Shown piece after piece: positions 9,453 to 19,125 of a stretch of 64,000 nucleotides of DNA. Position 1 is the first letter of the stretch, and every line of letters starts with the position of its first letter. The notes under the pieces are model-generated. The model had not been told where the DNA came from. It saw only the letters and a program-made list of their open reading frames with translations, and did no database searches. This stretch comes from Syntrophaceae bacterium (GTDB lineage: Bacteria; Desulfobacterota; Syntrophia; Syntrophales; Smithellaceae). The translations under genes were made by a program, and so were the position numbers. Location: contig WRPE01000009.1 of NCBI GenBank assembly GCA_009773315.1, positions 1,337 to 65,336 of the forward strand, given 5' to 3'.

Positions 9453-11486
9453 TCAGGCTTTGTTGTATTCTTCAAAAATCATGGTAAAGACAGCCCGCCC
9501 CTGCGTGGCGGAACGCAAGTCCGTGGAATAGCCGAACATGGCTTTGAGCGGCACCTTGGCTTTGACTTCAGAAACGGGGCCTTTAGGATTGACCGCTTGA
9601 ATCTCACCGCGCCGGGCATTGATATCACCGATGACGTCACCCATAAATTCGCTGGGCGTGATAATATCCACCATCATGATCGGCTCAAGCATGACGGGAT
9701 CAGCCGTCAGGCAGCCGTCACGAAACGCCGTGGCTGCGGCAATCTTGTAGCCCTGCATGGAGGATTCGCCGTCACGATAGGCACCGCCGATCAGCCTGAC
9801 GCCGACATCGATGACCGGATAGCTATTGAGCACGCCGCTCATCATCGCTTCCCGGAGACCTTCTTCAATCGCTTCATGATACTCAACGGGAATTATTTCT
9901 TCGGATAGTTGATTGACGATCTCGTTTCCCATGCCCCGTTTACGCGGCACAAGCTCGACGTGGACCTGACCAAAATGCTTCTTATCGCCCAGCTCTTTTT
10001 CGAAGACGCTTTCGATCTCGATTTGCTTCTGAATCGTTTCGCGGTAAACGACACGCGGCCGGCCGACATTAACGCGTGCATTGAATTCCCGGCGCAGCCG
10101 ATCCACAATAATTTCCAGATGCAGCTCGCCCATGCCGGAAATCACGGTCTGCGCGGTTTCATCCTCATACTTGACCCGCAATGTCGGATCTTCATCCGTC
10201 AGTTTGATGAGCGCCTGGGCCAGTTTTTCCTGATCGGCGGGTGTTTTGGCTTCAATCGCCTGGCTGATCACCGGTTCGTAAAATTCCATTTGCTCCAGGA
10301 TAATCGGATGCGCTTCATCGCAAAGGGTGTCGCCGGTAGTCGTTTCCTTCAATCCCAGGACAGCAACCAGCTCACCTGCAACCGCCTTGTCAATTCTTTC
10401 CCGTTTGTTGGCATGCATGCGCAGAAGTCTGGCAACTTTCTCTTTCTTCTTTTTGACAACGTTGTATACCTCATCATTGGCGGAAATCTGACCGGAATAA
10501 ATTCGCAGATACGTCAGTTTTCGGCCTTCATCAAGCATAATTTTGAAAGCCAGCGCCGCCAGCGGTTCCTTATCTGAACTATGACGGATCTCTTCTTGTT
10601 TTGTTTTCGGATTGATGCCTGTAACCGGCGGAATGTCCTCCGGAGACGGTAGATAATTGATCACGGCGTCCAGCACCGGCTGGATACCTTTATTACGAAG
10701 CGCCGCGCCGCACAACACCGGCACAATTTTCAAAGCAATCGTCGCCTTGCGCAACGCCGAATTAATCTGTGCTGCCGATAGTTCCTCCCCGGCCAGATAT
10801 TTTTCGGCCAGATCGTCATCATAATCCGCCAGTGTCTCGATCATTTTTCCCCGCTCATCCGCAGCGGCATCGGCAAACTCTTCCGGTATCTCACTTGTCG
10901 TATATTCCGCTCCCTGAGAACCCTCATCCCAGATCAACAGTTTCCGGTTAATCAGATCAATTGCCCCGCGGAATGTGTCTTCGCTCCCCACAGGAAGCTG
11001 AATCGGCACAGGCGTAGACCGAAAACGTTCGCTCATCATATGGATGACATGAAAATAATCGGCGCCGATGCGATCCATTTTGTTGATAAACGCCACCTTG
11101 GGAACACCGTATTTATCCGCTTGGTGCCAGACGGTTTCGGACTGCGGCTCAACACCACCGACCGCGCAAAAAACAACAACAGCACCGTCGAGCACGCGCA
11201 GGGACCGTTCCACTTCAATCGTAAAATCAACGTGCCCGGGTGTATCAATGATATGAATTTCAGTATTCTTCCAGGTACAGGTGGTCACCGCGGATGTAAT
11301 GGTAATGCCTCTTTCCTGTTCTTGAGGCATCCAGTCCATGACCGCTTCGCCGTCATGGACCTCCCCCATTTTATAGGATTTGCCTGTATAAAAAAGGATT
11401 CTTTCACTGACGGTTGTCTTGCCCGCATCAATATGAGCGACAATGCCAATATTGCGTGTTCGTGATATTTTGGATTTCGGCGCCAT
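9453..11486 (-). CDS. fusA: Elongation factor G (orphan paralogue)
   Basis: [29 protein letters not shown] and GMGELHLEI motifs; start taken at MAPKSK (ATG 11486). Confidence 0.95.
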   Translation of the reverse strand: MAPKSKISRTRNIGIVAHIDAGKTTVSERILFYTGKSYKMGEVHDGEAVMDWMPQEQERGITITSAVTTCTWKNTEIHIIDTPGHVDFTIEVERSLRVLDGAVVVFCAVGGVEPQSETVWHQADKYGVPKVAFINKMDRIGADYFHVIHMMSERFRSTPVPIQLPVGSEDTFRGAIDLINRKLLIWDEGSQGAEYTTSEIPEEFADAAADERGKMIETLADYDDDLAEKYLAGEELSAAQINSALRKATIALKIVPVLCGAALRNKGIQPVLDAVINYLPSPEDIPPVTGINPKTKQEEIRHSSDKEPLAALAFKIMLDEGRKLTYLRIYSGQISANDEVYNVVKKKKEKVARLLRMHANKRERIDKAVAGELVAVLGLKETTTGDTLCDEAHPIILEQMEFYEPVISQAIEAKTPADQEKLAQALIKLTDEDPTLRVKYEDETAQTVISGMGELHLEIIVDRLRREFNARVNVGRPRVVYRETIQKQIEIESVFEKELGDKKHFGQVHVELVPRKRGMGNEIVNQLSEEIIPVEYHEAIEEGLREAMMSGVLNSYPVIDVGVRLIGGAYRDGESSMQGYKIAAATAFRDGCLTADPVMLEPIMMVDIITPSEFMGDVIGDINARRGEIQAVNPKGPVSEVKAKVPLKAMFGYSTDLRSATQGRAVFTMIFEEYNKA

Positions 11487-11493
11487 AAATGTA

Positions 11494-12117
11494 TTAGTTG
11501 CGCTCCTCTTTGACCGGCGCGAAGAGATCGGGGTCCGGCCTGAAGGAATTAACAGTGGAAATATGACCTTTGATCGATGGCAACTCTTTTCCTTCAATAA
11601 GTATCTTCACAGTTTTAATGGCCGGAATATTGGCGGTCAATGTATTGGTCAATGAATAAATGGTGACCATCTCCGCGGTGGAACCGCCCGGATGGTCTTT
11701 TGTCAGATTGGCGCTGAAGTTAACCTGCGCCATGCCGTTTTTATCCATCTGAACATCCCTGAGCACAACACGAGCGGGAAAGGTATTGACATTGCCGGTC
11801 TTAGAACCATCCAAGAGCGCCTTAACCACTTCTTTTGCCTGCAAGCCAGTATCTTCTTCTTTGTAAATATGGCGTTTCTCGGCGATCAGAAAGCGCTCCT
11901 GGGGATCTGAAAAGTAGATTTCAGCGATTCTTTTCTCCTTCTTTTTTAAAGCTTCCATATCAACGGGTGGAAATAAAGCGTTAAACAAGATGACAAAGAA
12001 AAGCACCAGCAATAAAACAACACCGCTGATAATAGCGACCAGGTAAACAACCCGGGTGGATTTCTTTTTTTTCCGGTCTTTGAAATTTTCAGACCGACGC
12101 TGCCTTTTTGTGGACAT
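11494..12117 (-). CDS. GerMN-domain membrane-anchored protein
   Basis: One N-terminal TM helix; VNFS...GGSTAE...IYSLTNTLT...VKILIEG; start at MSTKRQ. Confidence 0.85.
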   Translation of the reverse strand: MSTKRQRRSENFKDRKKKKSTRVVYLVAIISGVVLLLVLFFVILFNALFPPVDMEALKKKEKRIAEIYFSDPQERFLIAEKRHIYKEEDTGLQAKEVVKALLDGSKTGNVNTFPARVVLRDVQMDKNGMAQVNFSANLTKDHPGGSTAEMVTIYSLTNTLTANIPAIKTVKILIEGKELPSIKGHISTVNSFRPDPDLFAPVKEERN

Positions 12118-12248
12118 ATACGATAACTCCTCTTGAAAAAACTGCGCCAATCTAGGGTATTTTTCTTTTACTGTCAAGCACAACAAGCTGTGCCTGTTCC
12201 AGAACGTTCGCTTTCCCTAAAGCATGAAAATAATTTCTTATCCTGACG

Positions 12249-12281
12249 AAAAAAGCCCGCGAAAAAACGCGCGGGCTTTTT
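12249..12281. terminator. Intrinsic terminator downstream of rubrerythrin (bidirectional form)
   Basis: AAAAAAGCCCGCG...CGCGGGCTTTTT. Confidence 0.8.
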
Positions 12282-12310
12282 GGAGAACCAGATTCATCTG
12301 TAAAACAGAT

Positions 12311-12892
12311 TTAAAAATTTTCAGCCAATACTTCGTAATAGGACTGCGGATGCCTGCAAGCCGGACATTCCTTGGGCGCTTCTGGCCCTTCATGTACGTA
12401 ACCGCAGTTCGTGCAATGCCATTTGGTCGTCGCCTTCTTATTAAAAACTTCGCCGTCGGCAATATTCGCGACAAGTTTACGATACCTGTTTTCATGAAAC
12501 ATTTCAACTTTTGCTATCTGCTCAAATGAGCTCGCCACATCGGAGAAACCTTCCTCCTTAGCAACTTTGGCAAAGTTCGCGTAAAGGGTGGTCCATTCCA
12601 TGTTTTCGCCGGCCGCCGCCGCTTCCAGGTTACTTTTAGTATCCCCGATAAGACCGGCGGGATAGGCGGCGGTAATTTCAACTTCACCGCCTTCAAGATA
12701 TTTAAAAAATATCTTGGCATGTTCTTTTTCGTTTTCCGCCGTTTCCAGAAAAATGTGTGCAATCTGTTCGAACCCCTCTTTTTTAGCGGCGCTGGCAAAG
12801 TAGGTGTAGCGATTTCTTGCCTGTGACTCACCGGCAAAAGCCGCCAGCAGATTTTTTTCTGTTTTTGTCCCTTTTATTGATTTAGCCATCAT
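12311..12892 (-). CDS. rbr: Rubrerythrin
   Basis: AFAGESQARNRY, ENEKEH and C-terminal rubredoxin-like WHCTNCG...CPAC. Confidence 0.96.
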   Translation of the reverse strand: MMAKSIKGTKTEKNLLAAFAGESQARNRYTYFASAAKKEGFEQIAHIFLETAENEKEHAKIFFKYLEGGEVEITAAYPAGLIGDTKSNLEAAAAGENMEWTTLYANFAKVAKEEGFSDVASSFEQIAKVEMFHENRYRKLVANIADGEVFNKKATTKWHCTNCGYVHEGPEAPKECPACRHPQSYYEVLAENF

Positions 12893-13065
12893 TTATCTCC
12901 TTTCATTATCAAATAATAATGATTAAAATTCTAATGTCAAATTTATGCAGAATTTAGTTAATTTTTAAACCATATTGTAGTATGAAAATGCAACATTCTT
13001 TATAATATATTGCTTTTATCCTGATCTAGAGCAATTTTATTAATAAAAAAGGAGGAATAAAAGTT

Positions 13066-13248
13066 ATGGCAACAGCAATGCCGGAAGGTGAAAATATTCA
13101 GAAAGCAATTAAATGGATTTCCGCCAGTCTGGAGGATAGCACCACACAACCGCTGCATATGGTGATTGAAAAGGCCGTGTTTAAATTTGATTTATCCCCC
13201 AAGGATACGGAATTCCTGATGGGATTTTTCCGTAATCACAAGAAATAG
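13066..13248 (+). CDS. Small hypothetical protein (60 aa)
   Basis: Strong AGGAGG RBS; KAIKWIS...FDLSPKDTEFL looks like a real protein. Confidence 0.8.
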   Translation: MATAMPEGENIQKAIKWISASLEDSTTQPLHMVIEKAVFKFDLSPKDTEFLMGFFRNHKK

Positions 13249-13256
13249 AATCTGCT

Positions 13257-13432
13257 CTGCCCAGGGGGTGTTTCATGCATCTCATAGCGCACTTCCGGAC
13301 AGCCGACGATACAGTCAGATTCAGGGATTAAACCCTGACGGCTCTACCATGTCGATACGGTCAGGGTCCACTTTGGCTTATCGTCCCGATTAGTCAGTCT
13401 TGCCCGAATGCCTTCGCAGCATGCCGGGTAGG
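13257..13432 (+). ncRNA. Candidate structured RNA (three hairpins), family unknown
   Basis: Stems GGGGGTG/CACTTCC, GACGATA/TATCGTC, AGTCAGA/TTTGGCT, ACCCTGAC/GTCAGGGT and CTTGCCCG/CGGGTAGG; G-U wobbles favour the + strand. Confidence 0.4.
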
Positions 13433-13492
13433 TAGTGAATTTGGCTCTTTTAATCCGGCGGCAAACACGTTCGCAGTGGAATAAAGCATAAA

Positions 13493-13530
13493 TAAGCTTC
13501 TCCTGTTTCTCACGAATCAGGAGAAGCTTA
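13493..13530. terminator. 13-bp inverted repeat, probable terminator after mscL
   Basis: TAAGCTTCTCCTG...CAGGAGAAGCTTA. Confidence 0.75.
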
Positions 13531-13545
13531 ATGTGAACAGTTTTT

Positions 13546-13950
13546 CTATTTTTTCAGCAAATCACGAATTTCCGTGAGTAGTACCTGATCTTTTGTTGGT
13601 GGAGGTGGCACCGCCGCCTCTACCTTCTTACTCCTCATGATCATACCCAGAAATTTGACAATAAAAACATACAAAGCCAGTGCAACAATCAGAAAATTGA
13701 CGATTTCTCCAATAAACAGTCCGTAGGGAATTTCCTTGCCGTTTACCACCCACTTCCAGGCCAAATAACCCTGCTGACCGGGCATAATCAAACTGATCAA
13801 CGGCATAATGATGTGCTTAACAAGCGAATCGATAATTTTACCAAACGCAGCGCCGATAATAACACCGATGGCCAGATCAACCACATTACCCTTTAATGCA
13901 AAATTCTTGAACTCCTCCAATACTGACGATACTTTTTTCTTGGTGTCCAT
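13546..13950 (-). CDS. mscL: Large-conductance mechanosensitive channel
   Basis: EFKNFALKGNVVDLAIGVIIGAAFGKII...LLTEIRDLL. Confidence 0.97.
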   Translation of the reverse strand: MDTKKKVSSVLEEFKNFALKGNVVDLAIGVIIGAAFGKIIDSLVKHIIMPLISLIMPGQQGYLAWKWVVNGKEIPYGLFIGEIVNFLIVALALYVFIVKFLGMIMRSKKVEAAVPPPPTKDQVLLTEIRDLLKK

Positions 13951-13974
13951 GTTATCTCCTTCTAATATTTTTTA

Positions 13975-14412
13975 TTATTGAATCTTGGACATTTCCTCGT
14001 AAATCTTTAAATCAATCACACTAAAGAAGCTGTCATATTGCTCTTTTCCTAGCAGGCGGCGCAGTTCCCAGCCTTTTTTTGTTTTCTTCTCCGTCGTCAC
14101 GATGAGGCTCACTTCGCATTCTTTCCAATTGAGTCTTTTCACACTGGCCGTAGTTTTTGTCCGCCAATTATCCGAAACCACAAAATCCGAATCAACCCGG
14201 TTATTCTTTTCGTCTAAGATGATATTGTTGCCGATGCTTTTTTCTTTTAAAACACTGGCAATGGCTTTGAGAATTATTTTCTCTTTGGCCTCATAAACAT
14301 GGGTGTGCTCATCGGGTTTTGATATGACCGTCATACCAAACTCCGTAGCGCAAGATATAAGATGAATGATGAGAATCAAAGCAAAAGGCAAAAGAACATT
14401 TTTTTTAATCAT
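13975..14412 (-). CDS. Hypothetical lipoprotein
   Basis: Signal peptide with lipobox LISC. Confidence 0.7.
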   Translation of the reverse strand: MIKKNVLLPFALILIIHLISCATEFGMTVISKPDEHTHVYEAKEKIILKAIASVLKEKSIGNNIILDEKNNRVDSDFVVSDNWRTKTTASVKRLNWKECEVSLIVTTEKKTKKGWELRRLLGKEQYDSFFSVIDLKIYEEMSKIQ

Positions 14413-14441
14413 ACCTTTCCCTTCATGACGATGATGAAACG

Positions 14442-15017
14442 CTAGCGGTTATTTCCGTTTATCCACCAATCACTCTTATCCTTGAACCACCAGTGTGAAG
14501 AATCCGTTTGAATAATGCGGGCAGCCAGTTTTTCGCCTTCTTCCGTGGACAGCCTCTGCAGAGCATATTTTATCCATTCATCGGAATATTTATTGCCCAA
14601 GTCGCCATACTCCTTGAGCTGCAGAATCAGAGCGATCTGATCAGCGTCGCGTGCAATCCTAGATTCCATTGTTTCTTTTGCGTTAAATTCGTCGATGGCC
14701 TGCCGGATATCGCCGCCGAAAAAAAGTCCTTCCGTTAATTCCCGGACGGCCTTCGCTTCATCGACTTCCACATATTTTTTATTGACGTAGTTCATATCTC
14801 CCGTGCGCGCTTCCGGTAAATCGTGAAGAATGCACATCTTCAGCACGCGCAGTTCGTCCAGCGAATTGTTGAGTTTACACAGGGCGTAACCGATAAAAAC
14901 CGTCCGCAAGACATGTTCCGCCACCGACTCTCTGCCGCTGCCCAGAAACTGGTAACCGCTGCGGGGCGTTTTGCAAAGCATTCCTACTTCAAACAAGAAA
15001 TCAGCAATACTTTCCAT
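14442..15017 (-). CDS. HD-domain hydrolase (YfbR/HDDC2-like)
   Basis: PRSGY, ESVAEH, LHDLPEARTGD and DAD motifs. Confidence 0.9.
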   Translation of the reverse strand: MESIADFLFEVGMLCKTPRSGYQFLGSGRESVAEHVLRTVFIGYALCKLNNSLDELRVLKMCILHDLPEARTGDMNYVNKKYVEVDEAKAVRELTEGLFFGGDIRQAIDEFNAKETMESRIARDADQIALILQLKEYGDLGNKYSDEWIKYALQRLSTEEGEKLAARIIQTDSSHWWFKDKSDWWINGNNR

Positions 15018-15018
15018 T

Positions 15019-15237
15019 TTACCCCTTTTTCAGCACCTTGATGCGGTTGCCCATCATTTCCGACATTTTTCGGATTTGCATTTGCAAAGAAGCGATACTG
15101 TCCGGTCTTGAGCTTTCGATTTTGTCAAGTTGTCCCTTCCAGTGTTCCAGAAGAGCAATCTCATTTTCCTTCAATTTCTTTTCAAATCGTTCCTGATACT
15201 CTTTGATAAAAGCGGCGGATGAATCCATCGGCGCCAT
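15019..15237 (-). CDS. Small helical hypothetical protein
   Basis: AGGAGG RBS; 1-nt gap to the HD gene. Confidence 0.75.
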   Translation of the reverse strand: MAPMDSSAAFIKEYQERFEKKLKENEIALLEHWKGQLDKIESSRPDSIASLQMQIRKMSEMMGNRIKVLKKG

Positions 15238-15393
15238 TTTGTATCCTCCTTGATATCCTTGACATGATTACAAGGTATTATATCATTCACTCTTAAACAT
15301 GCAATATACAATTTATCAAATGATAATTTGACAGCCCTGTATAAATACTATAAATGAACGCCATAAAATAAAACAGATCGGTGTAAAAACTCT

Positions 15394-16263
15394 ATGGGCT
15401 GCAAACCAAATCCCGAAGATATCGCCGGCGGGCAGGCAATTCTTGAAGGCGTCATGATGCGCCACGGTACTAAAATCGCCGCCGCGGTAAGACGACCGGA
15501 CAAGGAAATCGTTTTTCAGGAGCGTGAATATATTCCGCTGACCAAACGCTATAAACCGCTGGGCTGGATGTTTATCCGGGGAACAATCACCCTGTTTGAA
15601 ATGATGTTTATCGGCATTAAATGCCTGATGTTTTCCGCCGAAGTCGCCCTGTCAGAGGAAGAAAAAAAACCGCAGGGATGGGAAATGTATGTTTCATTCG
15701 CCGTCAGTTTCGCCATCGCCATTTTTTTCTTTGTCGTCGTGCCGGCTTTTTTCTTTACAAAAATTAAATTCTATATCGACAATCTTATTTTATTAAACAT
15801 TCTGGAAGGCTGCGTTCGCCTGGGCATGTTTCTGTGTTTCCTGTCCGCCACGCTCCTGATGACGGACATGCGGCGCGTTTACATGTATCATGGTGCAGAA
15901 CACAAAACCGTGTTTGCCTGGGAAGATGGACAGGATCTGACCGTTGAAAATGTAAAAAAATACTCCACCCGTCATCCCCGTTGCGGCACCAGCTTTATTC
16001 TTTTTGTAATGATCATCTCCATACTGGTCTTTTCTATATTGGGACGTCCGGAATTTTGGCAACGGGTTATGTGGAAAATTCTGCTAATGCCGGTTATCGC
16101 CGGTATTTCCTATGAAGCCATCCGATTTACCGGAAAGTATACACGGTTCAAGCTTGTGCAAATATTGAGCTGGCCGGGACTTGCGCTGCAAAGAATCACC
16201 ACGCGAGAACCGGATGATGATCAAATAGAAGTTGCTATTGCCGCGATGAAAAAAGTGATTTAA
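15394..16263 (+). CDS. DUF1385 membrane protein (putative metal-dependent enzyme)
   Basis: GGQAILEGVMMR, YHGAEHK, HPRCGTSF and TTREPDD motifs. Confidence 0.93.
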   Translation: MGCKPNPEDIAGGQAILEGVMMRHGTKIAAAVRRPDKEIVFQEREYIPLTKRYKPLGWMFIRGTITLFEMMFIGIKCLMFSAEVALSEEEKKPQGWEMYVSFAVSFAIAIFFFVVVPAFFFTKIKFYIDNLILLNILEGCVRLGMFLCFLSATLLMTDMRRVYMYHGAEHKTVFAWEDGQDLTVENVKKYSTRHPRCGTSFILFVMIISILVFSILGRPEFWQRVMWKILLMPVIAGISYEAIRFTGKYTRFKLVQILSWPGLALQRITTREPDDDQIEVAIAAMKKVI

Positions 16264-16363
16264 TCCCGCTGTTGCGTGATAAGCGTTAATTCTCCGCGAG
16301 CTTGCTCGCGATATCATGACGTTCATTTCATACCTCGACAGCGAGCTCGCGAGGTGGTTGATT
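16259..16363. repeat. Dispersed palindromic repeat, copy 2 (long form)
   Basis: TTTAATCCCGCTGTTGCG..AGCGTTAATTC...AGCGAGCTCGCGAGGT.GTTGATT shared with the 19054 copy; includes the TAA of the DUF1385 gene. Confidence 0.8.
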
Positions 16364-16502
16364 CTTTTTTCCATTCATTTTTTGCCGGATATTTGCCAAA
16401 GACTATTTCCCGGCCGGTTTTAAGTCGTATTAGTATTGACTTTTCTAAACAGTTAACATAACTAAAATAAGCATTTTTTTCACCTTTGGGGACCACAGAC
16501 TA

Positions 16503-18068
16503 ATGAAGAAGACCTTCTGGCGGGTTTTTATATTTTGCCTTCTCTCCTCCGTCGTGCTGTTTTACTCACAGGCATTGTCCAGTGAAGACACGGCGCAACT
16601 GACGTTTAGAAAGACGGCCATTCCGAAAAAAAACTTTCAGCCTTATACGGTTTCTGAATTGGCTGGCTCTCGAACCTATCAGGTTAAAAAAGGCGACAGT
16701 CTCATTCGAATCGTTCACCGCGAGCTTCATATAACGACCAACACACAGAAAACAATGCTTCTGATCAAATCATTGAACCCGGACATGAAGAACGCCCATA
16801 AGATCTTTGCCGGCCAGATGATACGTCTGCCCGAAGGTCAACCCGCAGTAAAAGCCATTGGGGTCAATATCGCACCGAATAAGGAAATTTTGGTATCGAA
16901 ACAAAAACCAGTTCAACCGGTAAAAATAGTCGAAGAAAAAGTTCCGGTTGTTTCACCTCAAGAGCAGTCCCCGATCCAAGAGACAATGGTCAGTGAAACG
17001 AAACAGTCAATCATTTTGCCTCCTGCCGCACGCCTGGCCGTCATCAAACATATCATCGCACAAATGAACGGATCCATGATCACCAGCGGCAATTACTATC
17101 TGCCGATCTCCAGAACCGAACAGTTGACGATTGACTGTTCCATCATTCCCGTTGTGGAGCTGGAAGACCGGACAACGATATTTCTTGATTTGAAGAACCG
17201 TTCCAATAATCATCTTAAAAATATGATCAGTGACCATTGGAGCAATTATCATTTAGTTAAAATCGATGATAAAGATGACATCATCATTATATTGAAAAAA
17301 ATATTCAATACCTCCAATACCTACGAGATAACCAAAGCGCAAAAACCTTTTTCCCTGGGTTCGCTGCCTGTGCTGGAGGTTATTGTTGACTGGGTTATCG
17401 CCAAAAAAACCGTAAAAAAGTCTTCAACCAAAACCCAGGGATTGCGATTTATTTACGAGAACAAGGACTTGTTACCGAAGGCCATCGTGAATTACGCGCG
17501 TCAACATTCCTTGATCATAACGGAAATTTCGCCGGAGAAAGGCCTTGCCGTGAAACCGGAAGAAATTTATTCACTGCCTTCAATGACGATTTTACCGACA
17601 TCATCCGCTAAAGATTTCTCCCGGGCGTTACTTTCTTATCTGAACATATCGGGAGAAACGGATGCTAATGTCAGAGTTTTCAATATTGCCGAGGACGGTT
17701 TTAACCTGTCCATAAAAACGGATATCATTGTTACGCGTGGCGATAGCAAAACCATTCTTTTCTCGCGCAATTTGCCGCCGCAATTTATCAACATTCTTCA
17801 AAAGGCCGGTAACAAACTTATTTTTATATCCGATCAGGACGAACCCTCCAAAAACATGGAAAAGATTCTACGCGGTTTTAATGTTGCCTTTACGTCCGGT
17901 TATTTTACTTTTTCCGGTTTGGACAAGAATCAACCTCCTTACAACTTTGGTTTTAGCGGCACCAAGATCAAAACCGATAAGGACATCTACGTTGTGAATT
18001 TTGACTTCAATCAGGAATTGCGCGGTTTGATGCAGAAAATATGGTCGGCAAATATTGTCCGATATTGA
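16503..18068 (+). CDS. Exported LysM-domain protein
   Basis: Signal peptide; YQVKKGDSLIRI...LNP...IFAGQMIRLP. Confidence 0.8.
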   Translation: MKKTFWRVFIFCLLSSVVLFYSQALSSEDTAQLTFRKTAIPKKNFQPYTVSELAGSRTYQVKKGDSLIRIVHRELHITTNTQKTMLLIKSLNPDMKNAHKIFAGQMIRLPEGQPAVKAIGVNIAPNKEILVSKQKPVQPVKIVEEKVPVVSPQEQSPIQETMVSETKQSIILPPAARLAVIKHIIAQMNGSMITSGNYYLPISRTEQLTIDCSIIPVVELEDRTTIFLDLKNRSNNHLKNMISDHWSNYHLVKIDDKDDIIIILKKIFNTSNTYEITKAQKPFSLGSLPVLEVIVDWVIAKKTVKKSSTKTQGLRFIYENKDLLPKAIVNYARQHSLIITEISPEKGLAVKPEEIYSLPSMTILPTSSAKDFSRALLSYLNISGETDANVRVFNIAEDGFNLSIKTDIIVTRGDSKTILFSRNLPPQFINILQKAGNKLIFISDQDEPSKNMEKILRGFNVAFTSGYFTFSGLDKNQPPYNFGFSGTKIKTDKDIYVVNFDFNQELRGLMQKIWSANIVRY

Positions 18069-18086
18069 GCTTATAAAGAATAAAAC

Positions 18087-19058
18087 ATGGTAAAAGCAAT
18101 TGCCCTATTATCCGGCGGACTCGACAGCATTTTAGCCGTCAAACTGGTCCAAAAACAAAATATCAACGTTTCCGGCCTGACCTTTACAACTCCCTTTTTT
18201 AACGCGGTCAAAGCAAAGACGGCAGCCGATCAGATCCATTTGCCCCTGATGGTGGAAGATTTCACCACTGAACATCTGCAAATGCTCAAATCTCCACGCT
18301 ATGGTTACGGCAAAAACATGAATCCCTGCATTGATTGCCATACACTGATGCTGAAAATGGCCGGCCGAAAAATGGAAGATACCGGCGCTGATTTTCTCAT
18401 GACCGGTGAGGTTCTTGGTCAGCGCCCGATGTCTCAGACCAAACAGTCTCTTTATATCGTCGCTAAAAACTCCGGTTACGCCGACTACATTTTAAGACCG
18501 CTTTCCGCTCAACTGCTTGAACCCATTAAGGCCGAAAGAGAGGGAAAGATTGATCGCTCCGGACTTCTGGCCATTTCAGGACGCGGGCGCAAAGATCAAA
18601 TACGGCTCGCGGAAGAATTAGGCATCCGGCATTACCCGCCTCCCGCAGGCGGTTGTCTGCTGACGGACCCGATATTTTCCCACCGCCTGCGCGATCTGAT
18701 GTCTCATGCGGAAGATCGGCAGATCCGCGATTATGAGCTATTAAAATACGGACGGCATTTTCGCGCCGAAGTCACCGGTAAAATTATTGTCGGCAGGAAT
18801 CGATCCGACAATGAGGCATTGTGCGCACTTTCCACTGATGATGACTTGGTCTGTAATGTGGCCGATTTTCCCGGACCGCATGTGCTGGCTCCCTACGGCA
18901 ATGAATCATCGATGGCAACAGCCGCCGCTCTTTGTGTTCGATACTCCGACGCTCCCGCTGATACGGACGTCAACGTCATCTGTCTGCATCATAACAAATC
19001 CGTCACCATCAAGTCCAAAGCCATCTCCAAAGAAGATTCCGAACGCTGGATTATTTAA
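18087..19058 (+). CDS. PP-loop tRNA thiolation-type protein (ThiI/MnmA-like)
   Basis: LSGGLDS, NPCIDCH, GEVLGQRPMSQ and PAGGCLLTD motifs. Confidence 0.85.
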   Translation: MVKAIALLSGGLDSILAVKLVQKQNINVSGLTFTTPFFNAVKAKTAADQIHLPLMVEDFTTEHLQMLKSPRYGYGKNMNPCIDCHTLMLKMAGRKMEDTGADFLMTGEVLGQRPMSQTKQSLYIVAKNSGYADYILRPLSAQLLEPIKAEREGKIDRSGLLAISGRGRKDQIRLAEELGIRHYPPPAGGCLLTDPIFSHRLRDLMSHAEDRQIRDYELLKYGRHFRAEVTGKIIVGRNRSDNEALCALSTDDDLVCNVADFPGPHVLAPYGNESSMATAAALCVRYSDAPADTDVNVICLHHNKSVTIKSKAISKEDSERWII

Positions 19059-19116
19059 TCCCGCTGTTGCGGGACGAGCGTTAATTCGCCGTAGCGAGCT
19101 CGCGAGGTTGTTGATT
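19054..19116. repeat. Dispersed palindromic repeat, copy 3
   Basis: TTTAATCCCGCTGTTGCGGGACGAGCGTTAATTCGCCGTAGCGAGCTCGCGAGGTTGTTGATT; includes the TAA of the upstream gene. Confidence 0.8.
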
Positions 19117-19125
19117 TATTGGAAT

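Noticed and set aside
12902-12923. PerR/Fur-like box upstream of rubrerythrin (TCATTAT-N6-ATAATGA)
   Set aside because: Biologically plausible, but the region is very AT-rich and the spacing does not match the canonical boxes.
13458-13488. c-di-GMP-I riboswitch (GGCAAAC...AAAGC)
   Set aside because: Lacks the GNRA-capped P2 and GACGCAAAGC core, and there is no downstream gene in that orientation.
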